DNA from: a virus
Lineage: Duplodnaviria > Caudoviricetes
IMG/VR virus record: IMGVR_UViG_3300027833_000059
Location: 1-58,329 of that record
Reading direction: 5' to 3' (one strand)
DNA length: 58,329 bases
Shown: positions 19,466-28,986 of the stretch, piece by piece
Layout: each line of letters opens with the position of its first letter
Numbering within the stretch: the stretch's first letter is position 1
Translations under genes and position numbers: made by a program
The notes under the pieces: model-generated
The model's database searches: none
What the model was told of the DNA's origin: nothing
What the model saw: the letters and a program-made list of their open reading frames with translations, nothing else

Positions 19466-19861
19466 ATGAATGAAAAACCAATTAAGGGTATAGGTGTTGA
19501 TGCTGGAACTAGAGGAAATCCAGGACCATGTTTTTATAGAGGTGTGTGTTTAGAGTCTGGTAATGTATTATTCTACAAAGAATTAGGTGTCGGGACCAAT
19601 AATATAGGTGAATTTTTAGCTGTTTGTCATGCTATACACTACCTAAAGAAAAGAAACATTAATACACCAATATATTCTGATAGTGTTACAGCAATTGCCT
19701 GGGTTAGACGAGCACAACATAATACTAAATTTAGGGGTGAAATAAATGAAAAATTAGATAGTGCAGTTGATTTTTTAAAGTCAAACACCTTCACTTATGA
19801 CGTTAAAAAATGGATAACTAAAGAATGGGGTGAAATTCCAGCAGACTTTGGTAGAAAATAA
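19466..19861 (+). CDS. rnhA: Ribonuclease HI
   Basis: VDAGTRGNPGP, TNNIGEFLA, IYSDS, WGEIPADFGRK; ATG at 19466 follows a TATCTTTG promoter. Confidence 0.9.
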   Translation: MNEKPIKGIGVDAGTRGNPGPCFYRGVCLESGNVLFYKELGVGTNNIGEFLAVCHAIHYLKKRNINTPIYSDSVTAIAWVRRAQHNTKFRGEINEKLDSAVDFLKSNTFTYDVKKWITKEWGEIPADFGRK

Positions 19862-19865
19862 TAAA

Positions 19866-20237
19866 TTACTTATTATTTGTGTATATTTCAGGATTTTGTT
19901 TACCAAATAACCTCATAATTACACCAGCAACAGCATTTGCTTCGTTTTCAATAGGTGAACCATCAGAACCATCTTCAGCATTACCAGATAATTTACCATC
20001 TTCATTCTGTTTGTGGTGAACCATCTCATGTGCTAGTGAACGCATAACATCCATTATGGCTCTATCTTTAATATAAACACATATTTTATAGTTAAATAGG
20101 TCATAATACGCTGTGGTAGTGATATCTTCCCTATCATTTGTCAAACGTATGTTAACTGGGGTAGTTATTTCTAAATATTCGCTTACGAAATCTATAAATT
20201 TACCCATAAGTACTTTATTTGTCATCCTATTTTGCAT
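19866..20237 (-). CDS. Zincin-like metallopeptidase-domain protein (start uncertain)
   Basis: LAHEMVHHKQ (HExxH) and ENEANA. Confidence 0.7.
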   Translation of the reverse strand: MQNRMTNKVLMGKFIDFVSEYLEITTPVNIRLTNDREDITTTAYYDLFNYKICVYIKDRAIMDVMRSLAHEMVHHKQNEDGKLSGNAEDGSDGSPIENEANAVAGVIMRLFGKQNPEIYTNNK

Positions 20238-20319
20238 ATTATTTAACATTTTTATAATAAATATTTGCAATAACCAATAAAATTAAATATATTTGTATAA
20301 TAACTAAAAATAATCGTTA

Positions 20320-20682
20320 ATGGCCACTAAATTAGAAAAAAACTTAGTACGTGAGTCCACAATTAAGGTGGATGATAAAGAAATCATAGTTACGCTAACC
20401 CCAGACCAAGGAATTAGTATGAAATTAAAGGGTATGAGGTCTGGTTCGGTATCAATACCAATCGAAAAATTATATTACCAACTAACTGGTAAAGAAAACC
20501 CCGAAATTAACAAACCAACAAAGTCAACTTCAATTCTAAGGAATAAAAAAGAGGATAAAAACAGTCTAATGATATCTCTTAACGACTTAAGAAGTCATAA
20601 TTTGATAACTCCAATGGATTTTGATACCAAAATGAAATTTGAACAAATAATATTAAGTGTAATTAATGCAAGTAAATTATAA
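20320..20682 (+). CDS. Hypothetical protein
   Basis: First gene of a plus-strand operon, with TATATTTG upstream. Confidence 0.75.
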   Translation: MATKLEKNLVRESTIKVDDKEIIVTLTPDQGISMKLKGMRSGSVSIPIEKLYYQLTGKENPEINKPTKSTSILRNKKEDKNSLMISLNDLRSHNLITPMDFDTKMKFEQIILSVINASKL

Positions 20683-20971
20683 TATGATTAAAAACTCATT
20701 ATTAAGTAAGTTATTGACAATTTTGAATAAAAAAACATATAATTACAAGAATATTGGTTTATATGTAAGTAAATTAGAGATAAATGGAGTAACACATAAA
20801 GTTACATCTGAAGTAGAATTGGTTAGAGAGTACTTAACTGGTCCAATTAATGAAGTTCAAATAAGACACAATAAAATTATTAAAATAAATAAAGGTTTAG
20901 AGAAAGATGCTATTAAAATTCTTCAAGAAGAACATCTTTTAGTTGAACCAACAGACGTTAAATGGAATTGA
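20666..20971 (+). CDS. Hypothetical protein
   Basis: Operon packing. Confidence 0.65.
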   Translation: MQVNYNMIKNSLLSKLLTILNKKTYNYKNIGLYVSKLEINGVTHKVTSEVELVREYLTGPINEVQIRHNKIIKINKGLEKDAIKILQEEHLLVEPTDVKWN

Positions 20972-21004
20972 TAAGAAAAATAAATTAATTAAATACTATA
21001 TTAT

Positions 21005-21244
21005 ATGCCACATGATATAACAATAAATGAATTAATAAATCGTGAAATAATTAGAGATGACCAATCTGAAGAATGGTTAAATAAAATGACTGATGAGGAA
21101 ATTGATGAATGGTTTGAAGAAGCTACTGAATTATGTGTAAATGAAGGTGTTAAAATAAAGTTTCCAGACATTAATTCATGTGTGCTAAGTAAAATTATTG
21201 ATATGACTATTCTTTACAAATTATCTAAAATGGAAAAATCATGA
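21005..21244 (+). CDS. Hypothetical protein
   Basis: Operon packing. Confidence 0.65.
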   Translation: MPHDITINELINREIIRDDQSEEWLNKMTDEEIDEWFEEATELCVNEGVKIKFPDINSCVLSKIIDMTILYKLSKMEKS

Positions 21245-21339
21245 AATGGTGGCAAAAGAAAGTTAAAGGATGGACAGTACCCTTTTGGTATACTGATACA
21301 CCATTATTTAGTAAAAGATTTTCTGACTTAAACAAATAA
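21241..21339 (+). CDS. Possible 32 aa Trp-rich peptide
   Basis: ATGA overlap with the previous gene; MKWWQKKVKGWTVPFWYTD... Confidence 0.4.
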   Translation: MKWWQKKVKGWTVPFWYTDTPLFSKRFSDLNK

Positions 21340-21382
21340 GAAGTAAATAAGTTAACTAACAAAATAAGAAAAAGTAGAAGGA

Positions 21383-22201
21383 ATGGAAATAAATAGGTTA
21401 AAAGTAGAAGAATTATTAAAATCAGATATCAAATCATTAACAAAGTATTTTAATGACGGATTAGATGGTTTTAATTATACCTCAATCGAACCTAGCGATG
21501 TTAGAGGACAAATGCTGAGTGTAATAAGAGCTTCTTTACCAACAGATATAGCGTATAATTCGGTTAGAGCAACAAAAACAACTGGTAATGACGTGGAGAT
21601 TGAAATTGGTGAATTAATATTAAATGTTAAATTATCAGTTAAGAATACTGGTGACATTAAAAAGGTTACTAAATTAAGGTCAAAACACGTTAAAACTTGT
21701 GGTAAATTTAAAATTGATAAGGTTATAGTTGATACCTATATGCCTTCTTTTGAATTAATTAAAAAGGGTGGTTTATTACTCACCTCAACTAATTGGGGTA
21801 GTAGAAACCCAGAAATTAACTTCGACAAGTCAGATTTAACTTTTGAAGAAATGCGTTATACTAAAAATTTAATTAAAGGTTTAAATGAAGCATTTAAGGT
21901 TGAACAAGAACGGAAATCTTCAAATCCTAAAGATATATGGGAAGCGTTAAAAGTCTCTATGATGCAACCAATAATAAAACCAATGCTACTTGGTAAATCA
22001 ATGAGAGGTACATTAGGAGGACCAAAATTCCCTAAAGAAAAAATAAGTGATTACATACCAGAACCTTATTTTAGTCAATTAGATGAGGAAGTGATAAGGG
22101 ATGACTTATTTGATATAGTTAAGGACTTTGTTTTTGAAGCTAATAAAGAAAATATAGATAAATATATTAACCAAATATTCAATCATTTATTATGGAAGTA
22201 A
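21383..22201 (+). CDS. Hypothetical protein
   Basis: 272 aa ORF. Confidence 0.75.
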   Translation: MEINRLKVEELLKSDIKSLTKYFNDGLDGFNYTSIEPSDVRGQMLSVIRASLPTDIAYNSVRATKTTGNDVEIEIGELILNVKLSVKNTGDIKKVTKLRSKHVKTCGKFKIDKVIVDTYMPSFELIKKGGLLLTSTNWGSRNPEINFDKSDLTFEEMRYTKNLIKGLNEAFKVEQERKSSNPKDIWEALKVSMMQPIIKPMLLGKSMRGTLGGPKFPKEKISDYIPEPYFSQLDEEVIRDDLFDIVKDFVFEANKENIDKYINQIFNHLLWK

Positions 22202-22767
22202 GCAAATTAAGAAAGAAATATTCAACATGGGATTTCTCAGAACACACCCATAAAACTGAACTATTTAAAAATGAAAATGGTGAGGAAATAAGAGTTGATA
22301 CACTTAGAAAGGGTAATAGTAGATATGGTTATGTTAGATTCGTAAATGATAGTGAAGGTTTATCAGTATTTGGTGACTTTGGTAATTGGATATTTTGTAG
22401 ACCATTTATCCCTTCAAAAGAAGGTTATGTGTCAGCTATGTATTGGACAGAGAAATTAGGGTATAGTTCAACCCAAGAATATAGTAAGTATGATGCTAAG
22501 GCTACTGAAGAAGAATTAAAAGAACAAATTAACCATAAGTTAGAAGAATATGGTCATACTGGTGAAGATTTAAAGCAAATGAAAGAATGGTACACTGATT
22601 TACTAGGTTATGTTGATGATGAAACTGAATACATCTATAAGGCCTTTAGAGATAGCCCATCAGAAATAGAAATAGATTATGAGGATATACCATACGTTAA
22701 AGAACTAAAATACCACTTGTATATAGTATTCGACGCTTTTAATGAAATGTGTAATAGAATAAAATAA
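22192..22767 (+). CDS. Hypothetical protein
   Basis: 191 aa; LSVFGDFGNWIF...YWTEKL motif. Confidence 0.75.
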   Translation: MEVSKLRKKYSTWDFSEHTHKTELFKNENGEEIRVDTLRKGNSRYGYVRFVNDSEGLSVFGDFGNWIFCRPFIPSKEGYVSAMYWTEKLGYSSTQEYSKYDAKATEEELKEQINHKLEEYGHTGEDLKQMKEWYTDLLGYVDDETEYIYKAFRDSPSEIEIDYEDIPYVKELKYHLYIVFDAFNEMCNRIK

Positions 22768-22770
22768 ATT

Positions 22771-23121
22771 ATGAATATAGAACAAGAAATTAATAGAAGG
22801 GTTAACTTTAAAATGAAAGAATTTAAAACTTCTTTTATAAATCACTTAGAATGGGCTAAACATAAAGATAAAGTTTCTTTAGGACACTTACATTATAGAG
22901 GAAAATTTGAAGCTTATACCGAAATAGAAAAGTCACTAGAAAAAGAAATTAACCTTCCTACAATTTATGATGGGGACTACGAAAAAATGTTACGTACTAG
23001 AAAAAATAAAATGATTGATGAACTATCGGGTAGATTATTAAAAATAGGTACTAGAGAATATGATAGTAATATAAGAGCTATCACAAATATTGTTGAAAAA
23101 TATTTAGAATATAACACATAA
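22771..23121 (+). CDS. Hypothetical protein
   Basis: Operon packing. Confidence 0.7.
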   Translation: MNIEQEINRRVNFKMKEFKTSFINHLEWAKHKDKVSLGHLHYRGKFEAYTEIEKSLEKEINLPTIYDGDYEKMLRTRKNKMIDELSGRLLKIGTREYDSNIRAITNIVEKYLEYNT

Positions 23122-23124
23122 ATT

Positions 23125-23358
23125 ATGAAAAACGAAGAAAGAGAAGTATTAGTCTTAATAAAGCAAAAATTGAGTTATGATAACGATGAACAAGCAATAA
23201 GAGTCTTAGAACAATATAAATACGAATTAACAAAGGATAATAATATGCTCAGAGAAGAATCCCTAAAAGAACTATTATTAGACTCATTTAAAGAAGGGTT
23301 TAAGGCCGCATCTGATGTGTTAAGTGAAGCATATGAAGCTAGAATTAAACATAAATAA
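23125..23358 (+). CDS. Hypothetical protein
   Basis: Operon packing. Confidence 0.7.
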   Translation: MKNEEREVLVLIKQKLSYDNDEQAIRVLEQYKYELTKDNNMLREESLKELLLDSFKEGFKAASDVLSEAYEARIKHK

Positions 23359-23361
23359 GTT

Positions 23362-23772
23362 ATGAAAAAACCTATACGAAAACCTGGTCTTATTAAATCA
23401 GAATCAAGTAAACTAAAATACGAAATTAAAGCATTAAAATCTAAGGTAAGTGAACTTGAAGAAAAATTATCCAATAGAGGTAAGACAATGTACTATTGGT
23501 TAAAACCAGATGAATCAATTTCAAACTTATGGGACGAAGAAGACCATAAGAAATACTTAAATGAAAATGATATAACCGATGCTGAAAATAATGGTTGGTC
23601 ACTTAAGACAATTAAAGTTCTTAATAAAGAAGAAGTTAATTCATATTCAGAAGAAGAATTATTTAAAATAATTCAATCATATGAAAAACATTGTATGGGT
23701 ATGAATTATGTTACAAGTAAGGAGATAATAGATAAAGATATATACGAATTTATATCAGCATATAAAAAATAA
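23362..23772 (+). CDS. Hypothetical protein
   Basis: Operon packing. Confidence 0.7.
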   Translation: MKKPIRKPGLIKSESSKLKYEIKALKSKVSELEEKLSNRGKTMYYWLKPDESISNLWDEEDHKKYLNENDITDAENNGWSLKTIKVLNKEEVNSYSEEELFKIIQSYEKHCMGMNYVTSKEIIDKDIYEFISAYKK

Positions 23773-23774
23773 AT

Positions 23775-24242
23775 ATGGCAAATTATTCATTTAATGAAGA
23801 TATTACGGACGGTGAAAGAGGTGAATCTATAGTTAGACGAGACCTGGAATCTAGAGGTGCAATATTTATATCCGATAATAAGGATTTTAGATATGACCTA
23901 TCAATGATTCTACCAAATAAAAAAGAAGTTAAATTCGAAATAAAAACCGATGTCTTTATCACACCAGAAAAAGATACACGTAATATGTTTATAGAATATG
24001 AATGTAGAGGTAAAGCGTCAGGTATCGCAGTAACTAAAGCAGAATTCTTTGTAACTTACTTCGCTAACTTAAATGAAATCTGGTACATATCAACAAATAA
24101 ACTAATTAATATTCTAAAGAATAACGATATTAGAACAACAAAATTCTCTGGAGATGCTGGTAGCAATACAAAAGGATACCTATTACCAAGATATAAATTT
24201 AAAGATTGTTTTAAAGTTAGAATAACTAAAGAAAAATGGTAA
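23775..24242 (+). CDS. PD-(D/E)xK-fold nuclease-like protein
   Basis: GE.GE...YDL...FEIKTD...NMFIEYECRGKASGI. Confidence 0.7.
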   Translation: MANYSFNEDITDGERGESIVRRDLESRGAIFISDNKDFRYDLSMILPNKKEVKFEIKTDVFITPEKDTRNMFIEYECRGKASGIAVTKAEFFVTYFANLNEIWYISTNKLINILKNNDIRTTKFSGDAGSNTKGYLLPRYKFKDCFKVRITKEKW

Positions 24243-24302
24243 TATTTTTTACTTGAGGACGACTTTACATAAAGTAAAAAATATTTATTATAAAAGGTAA
24301 AT

Positions 24303-24920
24303 ATGGAAAAAAAATGTAGGAAATGTGATATGGTTAAACCGCTTTCGGAGTTTAATAAAAAAAACACTAAACATGGTTACGAATTAGATTGTAAAATATG
24401 TTTTAGAGCTAATGAAAGAAAACGTAGGTTAGTTAGAATTATGAAAATTGACCCAGAACATGGGAATCGACTAGCTAAAATACAAGAAGAACGTGATAGT
24501 CGAGGTGAAAAACCTATTGAACATGCTTGGTGTTATAATTGTAAAATATATAAACATGAATCTGACTTTTCTAAATCTAATTTAAATAATAGTGGTCAAT
24601 GTCGGGAGTGTTCTAATGATAAAGACATTCAACGAAATAGATTATTAAAATTGAAGGCCATCGAATATAAAGGTGGGGTATGTGTTAGATGTGGTTTTGA
24701 TGGACATTATTCTAGTTTTGATTTTCACCACTTAAACCCATCAGAAAAAGAATTTATGTGGACTAAAGCTAGGAAGAGTACCTTTGAAAAAATAAAAGAT
24801 GAATTAGATAAATGTGATTTATTATGTTCTAATTGTCATAGTGTGGTTCATAGTAAATTAAACAATGATGGGTCATTAAATAAAGAATATGTAATAAGTA
24901 GTAAAAATGAAGAAAATTAA
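24303..24920 (+). CDS. Zinc-binding HNH endonuclease (homing-type)
   Basis: Several CxxC pairs; YKGGVCVRCG, FDFHHLNP, ELDKCDLLCSNCH. Confidence 0.85.
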   Translation: MEKKCRKCDMVKPLSEFNKKNTKHGYELDCKICFRANERKRRLVRIMKIDPEHGNRLAKIQEERDSRGEKPIEHAWCYNCKIYKHESDFSKSNLNNSGQCRECSNDKDIQRNRLLKLKAIEYKGGVCVRCGFDGHYSSFDFHHLNPSEKEFMWTKARKSTFEKIKDELDKCDLLCSNCHSVVHSKLNNDGSLNKEYVISSKNEEN

Positions 24921-25441
24921 ATTAGAAATAGAATTGATTCCTAAGAGCTGTTCATTCTCGAATGTTCGTTCTATGTTACCAAAAAAACACTGGGATATAC
25001 TAAGAACAAAATCATACGAAAAGGCAAATCACGTATGTGAAGTATGTGGGGATAGTGGTAAGAACCAAGGTTATAGACATAATGTTGAGTGTCATGAAAT
25101 ATGGGAGTATAATGATAAAGATAATATTCAAAAACTATTGGGGTTAGTATCGCTCTGCCCCTAAGTGCCACCAAGTTAAACACTTCGGTAGAAGTAGTGC
25201 AATAGGTAAACAAGCTGAGGTATTTAAACATATGGAAATAGTTAACAACTGGACCCATAAAGAATGCGTTACGCATGTAGCTCAAGCAATGATGGAATAC
25301 AGAGAAAGGTCCAAGAAAAAATGGTCCATAAATCTATCAGTACTTCACGAAATATACGAAGTACCAAAAAAATTAATAACCGAAGCTCAAAAAAAACAAA
25401 GAGTTATCAAAAAACCACACTGGAAAAGTAAAAAGAAATAA
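24907..25441 (+). CDS. HNH-family protein split by a +1 frameshift at CCC-TAA (25159-25164)
   Basis: CEVCG...ECHEIWEY...LVSLCP continues in the +1 frame as KCHQVKHFGRS...MEIVNNW, restoring the CxxCH motif. Confidence 0.8.
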
Positions 25442-25442
25442 T

Positions 25443-25613
25443 ATGGAAACAATTAAACACGCATTAGGACTATGCGGTGAAGGTCACCCATCAATACTAT
25501 GGCTACTAGGTGGTGGTAGCATTTTCTTATACCATATTAAACACAAAATACAATGGTGCTGGATAAAAGGATGTGATATGTGTAAGTCAAAATTAAAAAA
25601 TATTAAGAATTAA
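25443..25613 (+). CDS. Small hypothetical protein (56 aa, not in track)
   Basis: METIKHALGLCGEGHPSILWLLGGG... Confidence 0.6.
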   Translation: METIKHALGLCGEGHPSILWLLGGGSIFLYHIKHKIQWCWIKGCDMCKSKLKNIKN

Positions 25614-25671
25614 TTGCTTTTTAATAAATTAATTCGTATATTTGACTTATTATCAATATAAATTAATAATT

Positions 25672-25875
25672 ATGAATCAAATAGAATATTTCGAAAAAAT
25701 GTATGAAACATGGGATGGTACCCCAGAACATGCCATGGTTATATTAAGACACCTAAACTTAGCCAATAAGACCGTGTTTAAATTAGACCCAACATTTAAC
25801 TGTGAAATCGTAGATTCACTTATGAAACCAATAAGAGACCATGAAACCGATAAGGGTGAAACCCTATCAGAGTAA
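25672..25875 (+). CDS. Hypothetical protein
   Basis: ATG at 25672 follows a TATATTTG promoter. Confidence 0.6.
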   Translation: MNQIEYFEKMYETWDGTPEHAMVILRHLNLANKTVFKLDPTFNCEIVDSLMKPIRDHETDKGETLSE

Positions 25876-25949
25876 CTTACTCACATTATGTCTCAACATA
25901 ATGCTACCGCAAACGAAAATTTTTTTAACAAATTATTAATAAATTTAAC

Positions 25950-26348
25950 ATGGAAAATAAAACAATAACAATACCTTACAATGAATATAAGGGTATAGAA
26001 AAAAAGTTATTAGACCATTCAACCACAATACAAAATTTAGAAGAGGTGATTAGTGGTGATAGTGTATTAAGGGTCGAAATTAACCCACACAGATATTACG
26101 AAGCTCATAAATGCATTTATTATGGTAATGAAGATTTTTTATCACAACTTAGTGAAATCAAAGAATTAAATGACCGCATACATGATAGTAATAAACGAGA
26201 AAATTCAAAGTTATATAATGAAAATTTAAAGTTAAATGAAGAAAATAGAGTTTTAAAAATAGAACAAGAAAGTTTAAAGATTAAGAATATAAAGTTAAAT
26301 GATAAACTTAAAAATATAACTATATTCCAACTAATATTTGGGAATTAG
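25950..26348 (+). CDS. Hypothetical coiled-coil protein
   Basis: 132 aa ORF. Confidence 0.7.
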   Translation: MENKTITIPYNEYKGIEKKLLDHSTTIQNLEEVISGDSVLRVEINPHRYYEAHKCIYYGNEDFLSQLSEIKELNDRIHDSNKRENSKLYNENLKLNEENRVLKIEQESLKIKNIKLNDKLKNITIFQLIFGN

Positions 26349-26351
26349 TAA

Positions 26352-26873
26352 ATGATGGGTTTTAATGAAGTAAGAAAACACTGGGATATACTAGGAATAA
26401 AACAATATATAGAAGTAACTATGAATTTAGAAGAAGTAAAGGAACATTTTAAAAATGCAAAAGAGGTAAAGTGTTTGGTAGACAAGAAAATATACAATAT
26501 TGATGTAAGAGGGGGGTTTGAAAATTCCCCCAATCAAGTTGATTTTGGATTTATTGACCATCAACACGGTACCACTTGTGTAGTATTATATGTAACAGAT
26601 GAATTAGCAGAAATCATCTCTTACAAAGAATTTGAAGAAAGAGCTATGCTAGTTTCAGATGATGAAGAAATCTGGTACCGAAGAGTTGTCTTTATGGAAA
26701 AGAATAATCGATTTATTGCTTGGAACTATGCTAAAACAATAGAAGAAGCTGGTGGGATATGTAAGACTACGAATTGGACATACGCAAAAGAATTACCAAA
26801 AGAAATCGAGGTAACAAAAGAAGAGATAGCCAAGTGGAAAGGTTGTGATGTCGAACAATTAATAATAAAGTAA
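26352..26873 (+). CDS. Hypothetical protein
   Basis: 173 aa; C-terminal EVTKEEIAKWKGCDVEQLII motif. Confidence 0.7.
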   Translation: MMGFNEVRKHWDILGIKQYIEVTMNLEEVKEHFKNAKEVKCLVDKKIYNIDVRGGFENSPNQVDFGFIDHQHGTTCVVLYVTDELAEIISYKEFEERAMLVSDDEEIWYRRVVFMEKNNRFIAWNYAKTIEEAGGICKTTNWTYAKELPKEIEVTKEEIAKWKGCDVEQLIIK

Positions 26874-26874
26874 G

Positions 26875-27081
26875 ATGACGGAATGGATAAAAAAATTGTT
26901 TAGTGAACAATGGAAAGAGGTTGTTGGCGTAAATATAGATTTTAGTAAGTATGAACCTATAAGTACAAGTAATTCACTTCATATATTTGAAGAAAGATAT
27001 GAAATTGAAAACAACACATATAGGTTGCTTTACACTATTGGTAATGACAGTAAACCTAATGTTGAAGTTTTGATTAAATAA
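26875..27081 (+). CDS. Hypothetical protein
   Basis: Operon packing. Confidence 0.65.
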   Translation: MTEWIKKLFSEQWKEVVGVNIDFSKYEPISTSNSLHIFEERYEIENNTYRLLYTIGNDSKPNVEVLIK

Positions 27082-27188
27082 AGTAACTATGATTGAAAAA
27101 AAAAGAGTGCCTGGGGAAACCGATACTAGAATGGGATGAAGAAAAAGGAATTTATATAGAGGTGGATAATTAAGCCATTAATTTATTA

Positions 27189-27261
27189 CAAAAAATTCTA
27201 AAAAAAATTAATGGCAATAAGGTACTAATATAAATTAAAGCAAAAAATTCTAAAAAAAATT
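27189..27261. repeat. Direct repeat CAAAAAATTCTAAAAAAAATT, 2 copies, within an A-tract region
   Basis: Copies at 27189-27209 and 27241-27261. Confidence 0.8.
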
Positions 27262-27343
27262 TTAAGCAGTAAATTACCCCTAAGAAAAAACCAAAAAAAA
27301 TATAAAAAAATTTTTGTTCACGAATCCGATGGCCATATATAAA

Positions 27344-27416
27344 GGGTGTACGGGGGGTACTATAAGAGGGGTCACGGAGGGGGGTCTACGGGGGGGTATA
27401 AGGTACCCCTCCCCCC
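27344..27416 (+). other. G-tract island (potential G-quadruplex) at a genome-architecture boundary
   Basis: Five runs of 3-7 G followed by CCCCTCCCCCC, in otherwise AT-rich DNA. Confidence 0.7.
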
Positions 27417-27440
27417 ATTAGCATACATACATATAGAAAT

Positions 27441-27466
27441 AAAAAAAGCGTTCATTAGAACGCTTT
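27441..27466 (-). terminator. Terminator closing the cassette array
   Basis: AAAGCGTTC-atta-GAACGCTTT. Confidence 0.8.
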
Positions 27467-27480
27467 ATTTAAGTTTATCT

Positions 27481-28083
27481 TTATGCAGTTACAACTTCAT
27501 TTTTTTGTGGTTCAATTTTGATACCTTGAACACTTAAATTTTCATCGTTAGTAAGTTTAAATGTTTTATATTTCATTTGTTTAGATAACCTTTCAATTTT
27601 GTTTTTAAGTATCATATAAGGTGTTCTTTTGTCCTCTCCATACTCTCCAACTGAAACAACTTTTTTACTCATTAAAAGCCCCTTAAAATAAAGGTTAGTA
27701 TCTTTTGCGTTAAGTCCTTTAGCTATTGATACATAAGCATCGATTTGAGCTTGTGATTTAACCATTGTTTCGTCGCCTTGTTCTAATAACTTTGCTTTTA
27801 CTTCCTCGCTTGACGTTCTTTTAATAAGGCTTTTAACCAACTTGTTATATACTTTTTTAACTTCCTTTTTAGTTTCAGTTTTATATAGTTCTACTAATTT
27901 TCTTTTTACTGCTATTGATTTAAGAGAATTTAAGTCTTTTAATAGTCTTTTTTCATAGTTAAAACCTACTAATATAGATTGATTAGAAACTTCTCCTTGT
28001 GTATTAGTATAGTTCTTTATACCAATGATTGAAGCTCCTTTAATGTTTCTTGCTGCTACGATAGTTTTTACTGTGTTATTCAT
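27481..28083 (-). CDS. Cassette gene, hypothetical basic protein
   Basis: Own promoter at 28115. Confidence 0.8.
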   Translation of the reverse strand: MNNTVKTIVAARNIKGASIIGIKNYTNTQGEVSNQSILVGFNYEKRLLKDLNSLKSIAVKRKLVELYKTETKKEVKKVYNKLVKSLIKRTSSEEVKAKLLEQGDETMVKSQAQIDAYVSIAKGLNAKDTNLYFKGLLMSKKVVSVGEYGEDKRTPYMILKNKIERLSKQMKYKTFKLTNDENLSVQGIKIEPQKNEVVTA

Positions 28084-28461
28084 AATATAAGGTTTTTGTT
28101 GTTATTGTTCTCTACAAAGATACGACCTTTTATTGGATAAACAATAACTTATTCGATGAAATGCACAAATATTCGTTAAAGTGTATTATTAAAAATTAAT
28201 TGATAAAAAGTTTTGTAGAGTCGTTTATTTGTTGTAAATTTGTGTTGGTGCCTTAGAGTTAAATAAAATTTTGAGTTAATCCGTCATCGCAAGTTACGAC
28301 AATTTTTTTTAATATACAAATATAATTAGTTAAAATAATTATATTAAAAACTTTAACATAAAAAATTAGGATATTAAAATAAAAAGAAAGTGAAAGTTTT
28401 CCATTGTAGAACCGAAAAGATGTTGTATCTTTGTAGAGAACAATAACTAAAACCTTATAAT

Positions 28462-28806
28462 ATGTACGGAACATTCAACGGAGAAACAGCAGTAAAATTT
28501 AACGGAGTAACAACATTACCAGGATTAGCTAAGGCTACACTTAGGGTAGCAATGACTGAAGAAGGTTATGAGTTAACTAAGGATAGTACTAAGGCTTACC
28601 TTGAAGGTTGGGTTGAGACTATGATAGAGTGTGGAGATGGAGATGACACTGAATACACGATAGATGATGCCATAGACCAAGCGGCTAGTAATATTTGTTA
28701 TTCAAGAGATTTCTTTATTGACTTTAGGGATAACACTCAGATATCAAGTGCTGATAGAGAAGTAGTGTTTAATGAGATGATTAAGCTTCTAGAGATAGGA
28801 GCTTAA
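28462..28806 (+). CDS. Cassette gene in inverted orientation, hypothetical
   Basis: TATCTTTG at 28426 plus the standard leader; terminator hairpin at 28829-28856. Confidence 0.8.
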   Translation: MYGTFNGETAVKFNGVTTLPGLAKATLRVAMTEEGYELTKDSTKAYLEGWVETMIECGDGDDTEYTIDDAIDQAASNICYSRDFFIDFRDNTQISSADREVVFNEMIKLLEIGA

Positions 28807-28922
28807 TATTTCAAAGTTATTAATAGGATACACCTCAGCAATGGGGTGTTATTTTTGTTTGGTGTACACAAAAGTGTATAGAAATAAGTGTTAAATAATT
28901 TGTGTATGTTAATTTTTTATAT

Positions 28923-28986
28923 TATCTTTGTGATGGTGCCTTGGGGTTAGATTAATATTTCACACTAGGGCACCATCACAAATTTA
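28923..28986. promoter_or_regulatory. Convergent gene-less promoter pair forming an inverted repeat
   Basis: TATCTTTG-TGAT-GGTGCCTTGG ... CTAGGGCACC-ATCA-CAAATTTA. Confidence 0.7.

Noticed and set aside
27346-27537. Gly-rich ORF over the G-tract island
   Set aside because: GTG start in low-complexity DNA, crosses a terminator and overlaps the opposing gene
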